Part shown: piece after piece, positions 9,447 to 19,814 of the stretch
Layout of the letters: the number at the start of each line of letters is the position of its first letter
Position numbering within the stretch: the stretch's first letter is position 1
Assembly: GCA_003574895.1 (NCBI GenBank)
Contig: PJFB01000006.1
Coordinates: 127,212 to 191,211 of the forward strand
From: Geobacter sp.
GTDB taxonomy: Bacteria > Desulfobacterota > Desulfuromonadia > Geobacterales > Pseudopelobacteraceae
Length of the DNA stretch: 64,000 nt
Reading direction: 5' to 3'
The notes under the pieces: generated by a model
What the model saw: the letters and a program-made list of their open reading frames with translations, nothing else
Databases searched by the model: none
What the model was told of the DNA's origin: nothing
Translations under genes and position numbers: made by a program

Positions 9447-10475
9447 ATGTTTTCCACCATTCGCAAAAGTATTATGTCACTGGCGATCCTGGCCGCCGTT
9501 ACGACAGCAGGACAGGCATCGGCCGAAATGCTCATCAACGGCGCAGGCGCCACCTTCCCCTACCCGATCTATTCCAAGTGGTTCAGCGAGTACGCCAAGA
9601 TAGATCACAGCGTAAAATTCAACTACCAGTCCATCGGCTCCGGCGGAGGCATCAAACAGATCACCGCAGGCACCGTGGATTTCGGGGCCAGCGATAAACC
9701 CCTCTCCGACGCCGAACTGGCCGCCGCGCCCGGAAAACTGCTCCACATCCCCACCGTGATGGGCGCGGTCGTAATCACCTACAACCTGCCAGGCGTCGCC
9801 AAGGGCCTCAAACTCAGGGCCGCCGATGTAACCGACATTTACATGGGCAAAATCACCAAGTGGAACGACAAACGCATCTCCGACGACAACCCCGGCGTCA
9901 ACCTCCCCAGTGAGCCGATCATCGTTGTCCACCGTTCCGACGGCAGCGGCACCACCGCCATCTTTACCTCCTACCTCTCCAGCGTGAGCCCGGAGTGGAA
10001 AAGCAAGGTTGGCAGCGATACCTCTGTCAGATGGCCGATCGGTTTGGGCGGCAAAGGCAACGAGGGTGTGGCCGGCCAGGTCAAGAACACCAAGAATTCA
10101 ATCGGCTATGTGGAATTGGCCTATGCCTTTGAAAACAAGCTCCCGGTGGCCTACCTGCAAAATCAGTCGGGCCACTTCATCGAGCCGACCATCGCCTCCA
10201 CGACCGCTGCAGCTGCCGGAGCCGCCAAACATATGCCCGCCGATTACCGGGTAGGCCTGGTGAACCAGCCTGGCAAGGACGCCTATCCAATTGCCGGATT
10301 CACCTATCTCCTGGTGTACCAGCATCAAAGAGATGCCGCCAAGGGCAAGAAATTGGTGGAATTCCTCAAATGGGAACTTCACAAGGGACAGAAAATGGCC
10401 GCACCGCTCCTCTACGCCCCACTGCCTTCAAACGTTGCCAAGATGGTGGAGAAAACCATCGAGACCATCAAGTAA
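9447..10475 (+). CDS. pstS: Phosphate ABC transporter substrate-binding protein
   Basis: AGGAGG RBS 7 nt upstream of ATG at 9447. Signal peptide. PstS signature GAGATFPYPIYSKW...SGGG. Confidence 0.85.
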   Translation: MFSTIRKSIMSLAILAAVTTAGQASAEMLINGAGATFPYPIYSKWFSEYAKIDHSVKFNYQSIGSGGGIKQITAGTVDFGASDKPLSDAELAAAPGKLLHIPTVMGAVVITYNLPGVAKGLKLRAADVTDIYMGKITKWNDKRISDDNPGVNLPSEPIIVVHRSDGSGTTAIFTSYLSSVSPEWKSKVGSDTSVRWPIGLGGKGNEGVAGQVKNTKNSIGYVELAYAFENKLPVAYLQNQSGHFIEPTIASTTAAAAGAAKHMPADYRVGLVNQPGKDAYPIAGFTYLLVYQHQRDAAKGKKLVEFLKWELHKGQKMAAPLLYAPLPSNVAKMVEKTIETIK

Positions 10476-10498
10476 TCAGCCGGAATTATTAGTTAAGG

Positions 10499-10533
10499 CG
10501 CGGCCTCCCAAGGATGGGGGCCGCGTTTTTTTT
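10499..10533 (+). terminator. Rho-independent terminator after pstS
   Basis: CGCGGCC-tcccaaggatggg-GGCCGCG followed by T8. Confidence 0.55.
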
Positions 10534-10579
10534 GCCCACGCAGGAACAAGGGCAAGCCGGAACCGATAAAGCCCCTGGT

Positions 10580-10783
10580 TCACGCGACGACGCGACGACG
10601 CGACGCTTTAAACCAAAACATTAAAAGGCATTTCAATACAGAGGCATCGAGGGCACATGGGAGATATTAGTGTTCAACTGTAAACCGTGGTTCCTCATTG
10701 TTCTCTGTGACTCTGTGTATCAGTGTCGATTTAAAAATGAATCAAAGATTCACTTAAAAGACTTTCGTCGCGCCGTCGCGTGA
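10580..10783. repeat. MITE-like element: ~18-bp GC-rich terminal inverted repeats (TCACGCGACGACGCGACG / CGTCGCGCCGTCGCGTGA) around an AT-rich ~170-bp core, inserted between pstS and pstC
   Basis: Inverted-repeat ends match 17/18. The core is AT-rich, unlike the flanking DNA. The same terminal motif recurs at 36087 and 36327. Confidence 0.4.
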
Positions 10784-10945
10784 GTTACGCCTGTTTGAAG
10801 TATGTTCAAATGCCTTTCCCAGGCTAAACGCCGCTTTGTTACGGTTGTGAAAATGTTGCCGTATAGTTCCTGTCCCGTAACAGGAATGTAACATTACGCT
10901 GATATTCTAATGTGTATAAAGAAGAACAGTGCATTGGAGGATTAA

Positions 10946-11881
10946 GTGGATAAAACGGCCACGCGGAAAAACGGTGACGGCATATTTCGTGCTCTCACCA
11001 TGCTCTTCGCGTTCAGCATACTCATCATCCTGCTGATCATGGCGGGCGAGATGGTGTGGGAAAGCCTGCCGTCCTTGCGCAAGTTCGGGTGGGGATTCAT
11101 AACCGGCAGCGACTGGGACGCGGTGCAGGGGAGCTTTGCGGCCCTACCCTACCTGTATGGATCGATTGTATCTTCGATACTGGCCATTCTTTTGGCCACA
11201 CCGCTCAGCGTCGGCACCGCACTCTTCATCACCGAACTGGCACCCCACAAGGTCGGAGTCGTAACAGCCTCGCTGGTCGAGCTCCTGGCCGCCATCCCCA
11301 GTGTCATCTACGGCCTGTGGGGGATTCTGGTCATGACCCCATGGCTTCAGACCACCATAGAGCCGTTTCTGATAAAACATCTCGGCTTTCTACCCTTCTT
11401 CCAGGGTGCGCCCTACGGCGTCAGCATGCTGGCAGCGGTCTTTATCCTGATGATCATGATCATCCCGATCATCACCTCCATCACCAAGGAGGTTCTGCTG
11501 GCTGTGCCGCAGAGCCAGAAAGAGGCTGCCTTCGCATTGGGCGCCACCCGCTGGGAGATGATCCGCATGGCGGTAATTCCCTACGGCCGCTCCGGTATCC
11601 TTGGCGCGGTGATCCTTGGGCTCGGTCGAGCCATCGGAGAGACCATGGCGGTGACCATGGTGATCGGCAACACGCCCCAAATCTCGCTTTCCCTGCTCTC
11701 GCCGGCCTATACCATGCCGAGCGTAATCGCCAACGAATTCGCTGAAGCCACCTCAAAGCTGCACACCGCGTCCCTGATGGAAATCGGCCTCATATTGCTG
11801 GTTGTGACCCTGGTGATCAACTTCATGGCGCGGCTGCTCCTGTGGAGCGTCACCCGCCGTTGGAAAGGGGGCACGCCATGA
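10946..11881 (+). CDS. pstC: Phosphate ABC transporter permease
   Basis: GTG start 5 nt after GGAGG. Multi-TM protein with the EAA-like permease loop (ALGATRWEMIRMAVIPY). Confidence 0.85.
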   Translation: MDKTATRKNGDGIFRALTMLFAFSILIILLIMAGEMVWESLPSLRKFGWGFITGSDWDAVQGSFAALPYLYGSIVSSILAILLATPLSVGTALFITELAPHKVGVVTASLVELLAAIPSVIYGLWGILVMTPWLQTTIEPFLIKHLGFLPFFQGAPYGVSMLAAVFILMIMIIPIITSITKEVLLAVPQSQKEAAFALGATRWEMIRMAVIPYGRSGILGAVILGLGRAIGETMAVTMVIGNTPQISLSLLSPAYTMPSVIANEFAEATSKLHTASLMEIGLILLVVTLVINFMARLLLWSVTRRWKGGTP

Positions 11882-12717
11882 CCCTCAGATCGCTTGTCAT
11901 GCGCCGCGCAACCAACCTGAGCGCCACCCTGCTGATGGGGCTTGCCACGCTCATGGTCCTGTTGCCCCTGGGCATCATCTTCTACCACATCATCAAGATG
12001 GGTTTCAGCTCCATTAATCCCGGCTTTTTCACCAGCATCCCCAAACCTCCGGGCGAGGCTGGCGGAGGCATGGCCAACGGCATGGCCGGTTCGGCCGTCA
12101 TGATCGGCATGGCCTCCCTGGTGGGGGTGCCGGTGGGGATCTTCGGCGCCATCTACCTGACCGAGTACGGTGGCGGCCGTCTGGCAACAGCGATCCGCTT
12201 CAGCGCCGACGTACTGTCCGGCATCCCATCCATCATCACCGGCATGGTGGCCTATACGCTGCTGGTGGTGCCCATGAAGGGGTTCTCGGCCCTGGCAGGT
12301 TCCTTTGCCCTGGCCCTGATCATGATACCGATCGTGTTGCGCACCACCGAAGAGCAGCTCAAGATGGTGCCGGTATCGTTGCGAGAGGCGTCACTGGCCC
12401 TGGGGGTGCCCCTGTGGCGCACCAGCCTCAAGGTCACTTTGCGCAGCGCCCTGACCGGTGTCATCACCGGCATATTGCTGGCAGTTGCCCGCGTGGCCGG
12501 TGAAACGGCGCCATTGTTGTTTACCGCCCTGGGGAACCAATTCTGGAGCAACAAACTGACCGAGCCCATGGCAGCGCTGCCGCTGCAGATCTTCAACTTT
12601 GCCATTGCCCCCTATGAGGACTGGCACCGGCTCGCCTGGGGCGGCGCCCTGGTTCTGGTGGTGCTCATGTTCACCCTGAGCCTCGCCGCCCGTTGGCTGG
12701 GCAGAAGCAAGCATTAG
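11878..12717 (+). CDS. pstA: Phosphate ABC transporter permease
   Basis: ATG overlaps the pstC stop (ATGA). Permease signature ([11 protein letters not shown]). Confidence 0.85.
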   Translation: MTLRSLVMRRATNLSATLLMGLATLMVLLPLGIIFYHIIKMGFSSINPGFFTSIPKPPGEAGGGMANGMAGSAVMIGMASLVGVPVGIFGAIYLTEYGGGRLATAIRFSADVLSGIPSIITGMVAYTLLVVPMKGFSALAGSFALALIMIPIVLRTTEEQLKMVPVSLREASLALGVPLWRTSLKVTLRSALTGVITGILLAVARVAGETAPLLFTALGNQFWSNKLTEPMAALPLQIFNFAIAPYEDWHRLAWGGALVLVVLMFTLSLAARWLGRSKH

Positions 12718-12811
12718 GGATAACAAGTATTACAAAGAAAGGTCCCTTTTCGAACAAATGGGGACTGAAACCAAATCGCAAGCAAGCAGAGTACCAAGCT
12801 ATGAGGTCCCA

Positions 12812-13570
12812 ATGAGCACAAAGATTCGCCTCGACAACCTGAACATCCATTTCGGCGCCAATCACGCGGTAAAGGACGTGTCCATGGAGGTCGCCGAGAA
12901 CAGCGTTACCGCCATCATCGGCCCGTCCGGATGCGGCAAATCCACGGTCCTGCGCAGCATCAACCGCATGCATGACATGACCCCCAGCGCGCGGGTGACC
13001 GGCTGCATCATGCTGGACGACACCGACATCTACAGCCGTTCGGTAGACCCGGTCGCGATCCGCCGCCGCGTTGGAATGGTCTTCCAAAAACCGAACCCCT
13101 TTCCGGCCATGTCCATCCATGACAACGTGATTGCCGGTTACAAACTGAACGGAGTCCTCAAAAAGGGTGACGCCGACGAAATCGTGGAATCCAGCCTCAA
13201 GAGGGTGGCCCTGTGGGACGAAGTCAAGGACCGGCTCAAGCGAAGCGCCATGGAACTTTCCGGGGGCCAGCAGCAACGGCTGTGCATCGCAAGGACCATC
13301 GCGGTCAAGCCGGAGGTGATCCTGATGGACGAACCGGCCTCGGCCCTTGACCCCATCTCGACTCTCAAGATAGAGGAACTGATCGAGGAATTGAAGGAAC
13401 GCTACACCATCATCATTGTCACCCACAATATGCAGCAGGCAGCGCGCGTATCCGACGTAACCGCTTTCTTTTACCTGGGAGAAATGATAGAAATGGGTGA
13501 AACAAGGAAGATTTTCACCAACCCCGAGAAGAAACAGACTGAAGACTACATAACCGGAAGATTCGGATAG
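12812..13570 (+). CDS. pstB: Phosphate ABC transporter ATP-binding protein
   Basis: Walker A (GPSGCGKST), ABC signature (LSGGQQQR), Walker B (ILMDEP). Internal ATG chosen to give a typical ~250-aa length. Confidence 0.85.
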   Translation: MSTKIRLDNLNIHFGANHAVKDVSMEVAENSVTAIIGPSGCGKSTVLRSINRMHDMTPSARVTGCIMLDDTDIYSRSVDPVAIRRRVGMVFQKPNPFPAMSIHDNVIAGYKLNGVLKKGDADEIVESSLKRVALWDEVKDRLKRSAMELSGGQQQRLCIARTIAVKPEVILMDEPASALDPISTLKIEELIEELKERYTIIIVTHNMQQAARVSDVTAFFYLGEMIEMGETRKIFTNPEKKQTEDYITGRFG

Positions 13571-13584
13571 GAGAGAACAGGATA

Positions 13585-14256
13585 ATGGAACGTGAACATA
13601 TCAGCGCCATTTTTGATCAGGAGTTGAATGACCTGCGCAGCAGGATACTCGGCATGGGCGGCAAGGTGGAAATGATGATTGCGGGCTCTGTCAAGGCGCT
13701 GGTGGAACGAGATACCGCCTTGGCAGAACGGGTGATCGCCATGGACCACGAGATCAATACATTTGAAGTATCCGTGGATGAGAAGTGCCTGGAATTGCTG
13801 GCATTGCGCCAACCGGCGGCCCGTGATCTGCGATTCATAACCTTGGCTCTCAAAATCGTCACGGATATCGAGCGGATTGGCGACCAGTGCGCCAACATAG
13901 CCAAGCGTGTGCGGGAGTTGAACGAGGAGCCGCCTCTAAAACCCTATATCGACATCCCCCGCATGGCCAACTGGACCGAAACCATGCTGAAGGAAGCTCT
14001 GGACGCCTTTGTAACCGGCGACGACCAACTGGCCATCAAGGTCTGCATGGACGACAGCTTTGTGGACGATCTCAACATGCAGATTCAACGGGAGTTGCTG
14101 AGCTTCATGATCGAGGACCCCGCCACCATCTCCCGTGCGATCAAACTGACCTACATCTCCAAGTACCTGGAGCGCATTGCCGACCATGCCACCAACATTG
14201 CGGAGATGGTCATCTTCATGGTCAAGGGGAAGGATATCCGCCACACCATAGCCTGA
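13585..14256 (+). CDS. phoU: Phosphate signalling complex protein
   Basis: Two PhoU repeats (DxxIxxxE...ERIGD pattern). Position after pstB. Confidence 0.85.
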   Translation: MEREHISAIFDQELNDLRSRILGMGGKVEMMIAGSVKALVERDTALAERVIAMDHEINTFEVSVDEKCLELLALRQPAARDLRFITLALKIVTDIERIGDQCANIAKRVRELNEEPPLKPYIDIPRMANWTETMLKEALDAFVTGDDQLAIKVCMDDSFVDDLNMQIQRELLSFMIEDPATISRAIKLTYISKYLERIADHATNIAEMVIFMVKGKDIRHTIA

Positions 14257-14257
14257 T

Positions 14258-16084
14258 TCACAGGAGCCTGCCTCCTGATACGGGCCCATCGGCGCGGATG
14301 CCCTTGTCATTGAATTCAACGCGGTTTTTCCCCAGGCGCTTGGCGGTATACATGCCGGCATCGGCCCGGCGGATAAACTCCTTGACATCGTCGCCCACCT
14401 GATAGCAGCTGACCCCGATGCTGATGGTCGTGCTCACCGAGCCATTTCCGACCGGGCTGAAGATTTTTTGCTCAAAGTGGCTCCGCAGCCTTTCGGCAAC
14501 ATGCAGCGCCTCTTCCTTGTCGGTTTCGGTGAGGAGTACCACGAATTCCTCGCCACCATAGCGGTAAGCGGAATCGGACATGCGGATGCAGTCGCGGATC
14601 ACCTGGGCCAGGCCGCTGAGAACGCTATCGCCCTCCAGGTGGCCGTAGGTGTCGTTATAGCCCTTGAAGTTGTCCACATCCAGCATCATAAGCGACAACG
14701 GCCGCTGATAGCGCAGGGCGCGCTCCATTTCCACCTGGATCTGACCGTAAAAGTGCCGTGAATTGTACAGCCCGGTCAGGCTGTCGGTGATACTCAACTC
14801 ATAATAGCGGTGTTCGCTTTCCCTGAGCGCGTCCTCGGCCTGTTTGCGCTCGGTGATGTCCTGCAGGGTCTCGATGGCCCCGATGACCTTCCCATCGCAA
14901 TTTTTCGACTGTGCCGCCGTAAAGAAAAGCCACCTCCCCCCCTCACCGAAATGGGGAAAGAAATCCTCGGCCTCGTAGGCTCCCTCTATGATCGCCGACC
15001 TGCGGCATTTGCTCCCGTAAAGATCGGCAAGCATTTCCTCGCAGCCGCCATCCACAATCAGGTCGGCCAAAACCGGACGCTCCGATTGATAAAACGCCCG
15101 CCATTGATCGCGGGTGCCGATGATTTCCTCGGCCGGCACGCCGGTTACGGTGGCGCAGGCCCGGTTCCAGTGCGTGACCACGTGGTTCTCGTCGATGACA
15201 AAGGTCGGCACCGAGAATCCTTCCACGATCTGGGCGAGACGGTTCTGGCTCTCCAGGCGCTCGGCTTCTGCAAGCTTCAGGTCGGTTATATCCTTGAACA
15301 CCACCACGGCACCGGCAACTTTGCCCGCATCAACGGTTGGGGAGCTGGTATACTCCACCTGGAAGAAAGTGTCGTCCTTCCGCCAGAACAGGTCGTCGCT
15401 GCACCGATGGGTTTGACAATCAGTGAGGGTCCTGTAGATCAGGCAATCCTCTTCCGTGCAAGGCTTGCCGCCGGCCCGCCGGCAAAGGCTGTGACAATCC
15501 AGGCCGATCAGCTCCTCGGGCCCGTAGCCGAGCATCCTGGTCGCAGCCGGGTTGGCGAACATAAAACAGCCGTCGCGGTCCACCCCGAAGATCCCCTCCC
15601 CAGCGGATTTCAGGATCAGTTCGTTGCGCTGGTAAAGCTGTCTGAATTCCTCTTCGGCCCGCTCGCGGGCGAGCCGCTCCCCGAATTTCCGGACCACATC
15701 CGGAATCAGCACCGGCAGAATCTGCAGATAACAGCTCTCCGGGTCCTTGATGACATATTCGTAGGCGCCTGCCTTGAGCGCCTCCACCGCCACCTGTTCG
15801 GAACCGTTGCCGGTGAGGATGACCAGCGGAATTTTAATCCTGTTTTCGATCACCTCCCGGCACAACTCCAGACCCGAGATACCGGGCAGATGGTGGTCGA
15901 TCACCACGACATCCAACAAGGCGGTCTCGCCCTGAATGATCCGCAACGCCTCGGAAGCCCTTGGGCAAGTCAAAATCTCGCACTTGACCCCGCCCACACG
16001 GAAGGCCCTGCTGAATGCCAGCCTGTCGTGCTCGTCATCCTCTACTAGGAGGATACGAAGCACTGCGTTTGTCTTTGAATTCAT
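14258..16084 (-). CDS. Response regulator with REC-PAS-PAS-GGDEF architecture (diguanylate cyclase)
   Basis: REC (ILLVEDDEHD...VIDHHLPG), two PAS domains, and an intact GGEEF motif (RYGGEEFVVLL). Start taken at the internal Met that precedes the REC domain. Confidence 0.8.
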   Translation of the reverse strand: MNSKTNAVLRILLVEDDEHDRLAFSRAFRVGGVKCEILTCPRASEALRIIQGETALLDVVVIDHHLPGISGLELCREVIENRIKIPLVILTGNGSEQVAVEALKAGAYEYVIKDPESCYLQILPVLIPDVVRKFGERLARERAEEEFRQLYQRNELILKSAGEGIFGVDRDGCFMFANPAATRMLGYGPEELIGLDCHSLCRRAGGKPCTEEDCLIYRTLTDCQTHRCSDDLFWRKDDTFFQVEYTSSPTVDAGKVAGAVVVFKDITDLKLAEAERLESQNRLAQIVEGFSVPTFVIDENHVVTHWNRACATVTGVPAEEIIGTRDQWRAFYQSERPVLADLIVDGGCEEMLADLYGSKCRRSAIIEGAYEAEDFFPHFGEGGRWLFFTAAQSKNCDGKVIGAIETLQDITERKQAEDALRESEHRYYELSITDSLTGLYNSRHFYGQIQVEMERALRYQRPLSLMMLDVDNFKGYNDTYGHLEGDSVLSGLAQVIRDCIRMSDSAYRYGGEEFVVLLTETDKEEALHVAERLRSHFEQKIFSPVGNGSVSTTISIGVSCYQVGDDVKEFIRRADAGMYTAKRLGKNRVEFNDKGIRADGPVSGGRLL

Positions 16085-16100
16085 GCCCCACCTCCTGGTT

Positions 16101-17426
16101 TCATTGAACCTCGCATTCCCATAACGGAAGCGATACAAATACACAACACCCTTCCCCCAGCCGTGACTCGATCCGCACCGTACCGTTCATCCTTGCCGCT
16201 GCTTTACGCACAATGGCCAGTCCGATGCCGGAACCTTCGAACTCGTTGCGGGCGTGCAGCCGCTGGAACATCAGGAAAACCTGCTCGTGATGGCTCGGAT
16301 CGATGCCGATGCCATTGTCCCTAACAAACAGCTCGCACTTCCCGGGCCCCGCCGGTTGCCACCCCAGTTCCACCTGCCGGCAAGAGGAAGTGTTGAATTT
16401 GATGGCGTTCTGGATCAGGTTGTGAAAGACCTGCTCCAGCAAAACCGGTTCGGCCGCCACCGCCGGCCAGTCGTCGGCCATCCTGATCTCGGCAGCATCC
16501 CGCTGCGGGAACAACCTGAGCAGTTCCCGCAGGAATCGCCCGGTGTCGATCCGTTCCGGCACAACCTTTTTCCTGCCGATGCGCGAAAACTCCAGCAGGT
16601 TTTTCACCAGATCCTCGCCATGGCTCAAGGCACGCTTGAGGCCGTTGAAATACTGCCCCTGTTCGTCATTGAGGAGCCCGCCCAACTCATCCAGCAAAAA
16701 ATCCGTATAGTTCCTGATTGCCCTCAACGGTGCCCGCAGATCGTGGGAGACAACGAAAATATACTGGGAAAGCTCATCCCTGGCGGTCTTCAGCATTGCC
16801 TCGTCTTCCGCCAGGCGGGCCTTGGCCTGTTGCAATTCCGCCTTTGCCTTGTGGTGGGCATCGATCTCGGTCCTTAGTTGCCGGTTGACTGCGGTCAGTT
16901 CGGCGGTCCGCTCCCGCACCAGTTCTTCAAGCCTGCCGTGGTAGTGCAGCAGCTTCTCCTCGGCCTGCTTGCGTTCGGTGATATTTTGGAGGGTTTCGAT
17001 GACGCCGATGATCCGACCCCGTGCATCCAGTAAAGGAGCAGCCGTAAAAAAGAGCCAGGTTCCGTCCACCCCAACTTTCCGGTAAAAGCCTTCGGCCTCG
17101 TAGGCACCGGCAATCAATGGGGAGCGACGCCAATTACCCTGATAGTGGCCATTCAGGTCATCCTCCAAGGCACCTTCCAGAATCAGGTCGGCCATCACCG
17201 GCCGCTGTGTCGGGTAAAAAGGTTCCCACTGGCGGCGCGTCCCGATCATCTGAAGGGCCGTAAAACCGGTCGTATGTTCGCAGGCAGCGTTCCAATGCCT
17301 GATGACGTGCCCGGCATCGATAACAAATGTCGGAATCGGCGTACCCTGGAGTGCCTGCAACAGGCTTACGTCTCCGCTGACCGTATCGGAAGGATCGAAT
17401 TCAGGCATACCGGTTACCACCCCCAC
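16101..17426 (-). CDS. Cytoplasmic PAS-domain sensor histidine kinase
   Basis: Two PAS domains. The first is paralogous to a PAS of the adjacent GGDEF protein (FVIDxxHVxxHWNxAC...GTRxQWxxFY). Coiled coil, H-box (SHDLRAPL), and HATPase N/G boxes. Confidence 0.8.
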   Translation of the reverse strand: MGVVTGMPEFDPSDTVSGDVSLLQALQGTPIPTFVIDAGHVIRHWNAACEHTTGFTALQMIGTRRQWEPFYPTQRPVMADLILEGALEDDLNGHYQGNWRRSPLIAGAYEAEGFYRKVGVDGTWLFFTAAPLLDARGRIIGVIETLQNITERKQAEEKLLHYHGRLEELVRERTAELTAVNRQLRTEIDAHHKAKAELQQAKARLAEDEAMLKTARDELSQYIFVVSHDLRAPLRAIRNYTDFLLDELGGLLNDEQGQYFNGLKRALSHGEDLVKNLLEFSRIGRKKVVPERIDTGRFLRELLRLFPQRDAAEIRMADDWPAVAAEPVLLEQVFHNLIQNAIKFNTSSCRQVELGWQPAGPGKCELFVRDNGIGIDPSHHEQVFLMFQRLHARNEFEGSGIGLAIVRKAAARMNGTVRIESRLGEGCCVFVSLPLWECEVQ

Positions 17427-17632
17427 AGCACCAACAGCATTTAAATAGATAAAATCCGGTTATCACTAAAAATATTACGATTAATTCAACTAATACCCAC
17501 CATATCAGCAACAACGCAGCCAGGTGTAAGCGCGTTTATAGAACGTTGTTTAACTATTTCATTATTACTAAAAATTGTCAATACAGACCTTGGTGGGGCT
17601 GGTGTATACCCATGAACCGGATCAGACGGGGT

Positions 17633-19033
17633 TCATTTTTCGACAATCGGCCAGCTGTTGGGCAAGTCTGGCGGATAGAAATTTTCCCGCGTCCGGTTGT
17701 AGTAGCCGAACTGCAATTGTGGAAATTCCCGTTTCAAAAGTTCCAGCAGTCGGTACATGCCGATCCCCTTACCACTTACCCCCATCTCGCGATTGTAGTA
17801 GTCAGGATCGATCGACAGGTTACGCATCTGGATCATATCCACCCCGGTTTCAGCCACAAACCGCAGCAGCGCCTCCACCTCTTGCGGGGCATCGCTGACA
17901 CCGGGCGAGACCAGGTAATTGATCATGGTAAAGCGTCCGGCCTTCTTGGCGGTGTGCACGGAACGCAGCACATCGCCGAAGGTGTAGCCTTTGGGGCGGT
18001 AATAGCGGTTGTAGAGCTCTTCGCGCACGGAATTCATGGAGAAACGGAAGGAGTCCATGCCTGCCTCGCACAAAAGCGCGACCTTGTCCGGCAATGAACC
18101 GTTGGAGTTGAAGTTGACCGTACCACGGGAAGTGGCCTTTTTCAGGCGCCTCGTGGCCTCGGCAATTGTGTCGGCCTGCAGGATCGGGTCCCCCTCGCAC
18201 CCCTGGCCGTAGGACACTATGGCTTGCTCGGCATATTCAAGATGGGGCAGGGCGATCTGGCAGATCTCTTCCGGGGTGGGCACAAAGGTGATCCGTTCAT
18301 GGTTGGCCGGACAGCACTCCGAGGGCTGCAGACTGATGCAGCCGAGGCAGGCCGAGTTGCATACGGGCGAAGTCGGCAACGGCGCCTCCCAGCGGCGATA
18401 GAAAAGGTTCTTGGCGGCAAAGCAGTGATAATCCACGGCACAGCGGGCCAACTGCTCCAGCAGGCGATTGCCGGGTATCTCTTGCAAAATTTTGCGCACC
18501 AGGGGATCCAGGGTGCGGTCGTCGTAGTTTACCGGGTTCCAGTTGCTGTTGCTATCGACCTTGGTGGCCGCCACCACGAAACAGTCGCGCTCTTCGTCCC
18601 ATCCCACGGCCGTGTACGACCAGAGCGGCAGATGGGTGGTCTTGCGGGAATAATCGCAGGCCGGCAGCAGGGTACGCACATATCCTGGGGCCATGAAGGC
18701 GGCAACCGCCTGGACAGGCCGGCTCCTCTTCCCTTCCCGTACTCTGTCCAGGGTGGCAAAAGCCTTTTTACGGGCATCCCAGGCAACAGGCGGCATGGCC
18801 GGCATGGTGAACAGCCGGCTATCCTCGGGCAAAGGGATCAGCTCCACATTTTCCGGCAATACAAACTCGCTGCCGTTCATGCCAACCATATCCAGATATG
18901 GATGATCGTAGATGTTGCCTTTGGCATCGGCATAGAGAAGCTTGGGTGGTCGTTGCGTCATGGGATGCTCCCTTGAATAAACATGCGATTTTCCGTTTTC
19001 TGTCACTGTACCCCGCCCGACCACCGATTTCAA
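17633..19033 (-). CDS. Radical SAM domain protein with ~200-aa N-terminal extension
   Basis: CX3CX2C motif (CNSACLGC) mid-protein and glycine-rich SAM-binding region. An alternative start at the internal Met at 18961 is possible. Confidence 0.6.
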   Translation of the reverse strand: MKSVVGRGTVTENGKSHVYSREHPMTQRPPKLLYADAKGNIYDHPYLDMVGMNGSEFVLPENVELIPLPEDSRLFTMPAMPPVAWDARKKAFATLDRVREGKRSRPVQAVAAFMAPGYVRTLLPACDYSRKTTHLPLWSYTAVGWDEERDCFVVAATKVDSNSNWNPVNYDDRTLDPLVRKILQEIPGNRLLEQLARCAVDYHCFAAKNLFYRRWEAPLPTSPVCNSACLGCISLQPSECCPANHERITFVPTPEEICQIALPHLEYAEQAIVSYGQGCEGDPILQADTIAEATRRLKKATSRGTVNFNSNGSLPDKVALLCEAGMDSFRFSMNSVREELYNRYYRPKGYTFGDVLRSVHTAKKAGRFTMINYLVSPGVSDAPQEVEALLRFVAETGVDMIQMRNLSIDPDYYNREMGVSGKGIGMYRLLELLKREFPQLQFGYYNRTRENFYPPDLPNSWPIVEK

Positions 19034-19112
19034 CCGCTAACAACGGCCTTTTCCAGCCATGCAAAAAATGCTATGTTGAGGCACATATACAGAATCAGAA
19101 AGGCGAATCAAC

Positions 19113-19814
19113 ATGTTGTACATCATCCAGAACGACCCGGAAGTGCCGCCGGGACTCGTTACCGAAGAACTGGACCGGCTCGGCGTAAGATGGGCGATCA
19201 CACACCCATATGGCGGAGAAGCACTGCCGGATTTGGCTGAAACTGAGGCGATCATCGTCATGGGTGGCGCCATGGGGGCAAACGACGACCATCGCCACCC
19301 CTTTCTCACACCGTTGAAGGGCTTCATCGCCCATGCGGTCAAGCAGGGCATTCCTTATCTTGGAATCTGTCTGGGGGGGCAATTGCTGGCTGCAGCCATG
19401 GGAGCGCGGGTGGTTTCCCGCCGCTGGGAGGAATTGGGTACGTTGACAGTGTCGCTGACCGCCGAAGGACGCAGGGACCGGCTCTTTGACGGTATGTACG
19501 AAACATTCGCCACATTGCAGTGGCACAATGACAGTTTTGACCTGCCAAAGGGAGCCATACTACTGGCTTCAAGCCAGGCCTGTCCCAATCAGGCCTTCCG
19601 GGTGGGCCAACAGGCCTGGGGCTTGCAGTTCCACCCCGAGGTGGATGAAGCCATCATCAGGGATTGGAGCGCCTGGGACAAGGACACTGCTGTTCGCACC
19701 GAAGAGCTGGTGGCGGAACACCGCAAAGGCGAAGCAGAATACCGCAAAGTATTGCGGCGAATGCTGGAGAATTTTGTCTCAATGATGGCGTTCAAGGCCT
19801 CCAGAGATACATAA
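19113..19814 (+). CDS. Class I glutamine amidotransferase-like protein
   Basis: GATase1 motif GICLGGQLL with catalytic Cys, plus conserved His and Glu downstream. Confidence 0.7.
   Translation: MLYIIQNDPEVPPGLVTEELDRLGVRWAITHPYGGEALPDLAETEAIIVMGGAMGANDDHRHPFLTPLKGFIAHAVKQGIPYLGICLGGQLLAAAMGARVVSRRWEELGTLTVSLTAEGRRDRLFDGMYETFATLQWHNDSFDLPKGAILLASSQACPNQAFRVGQQAWGLQFHPEVDEAIIRDWSAWDKDTAVRTEELVAEHRKGEAEYRKVLRRMLENFVSMMAFKASRDT

Noticed and set aside
14810-16048. 412-aa plus-strand ORF antisense to the REC-PAS-GGDEF gene
   Set aside because: Antisense artefact. The minus strand has REC, PAS and GGEEF motifs.
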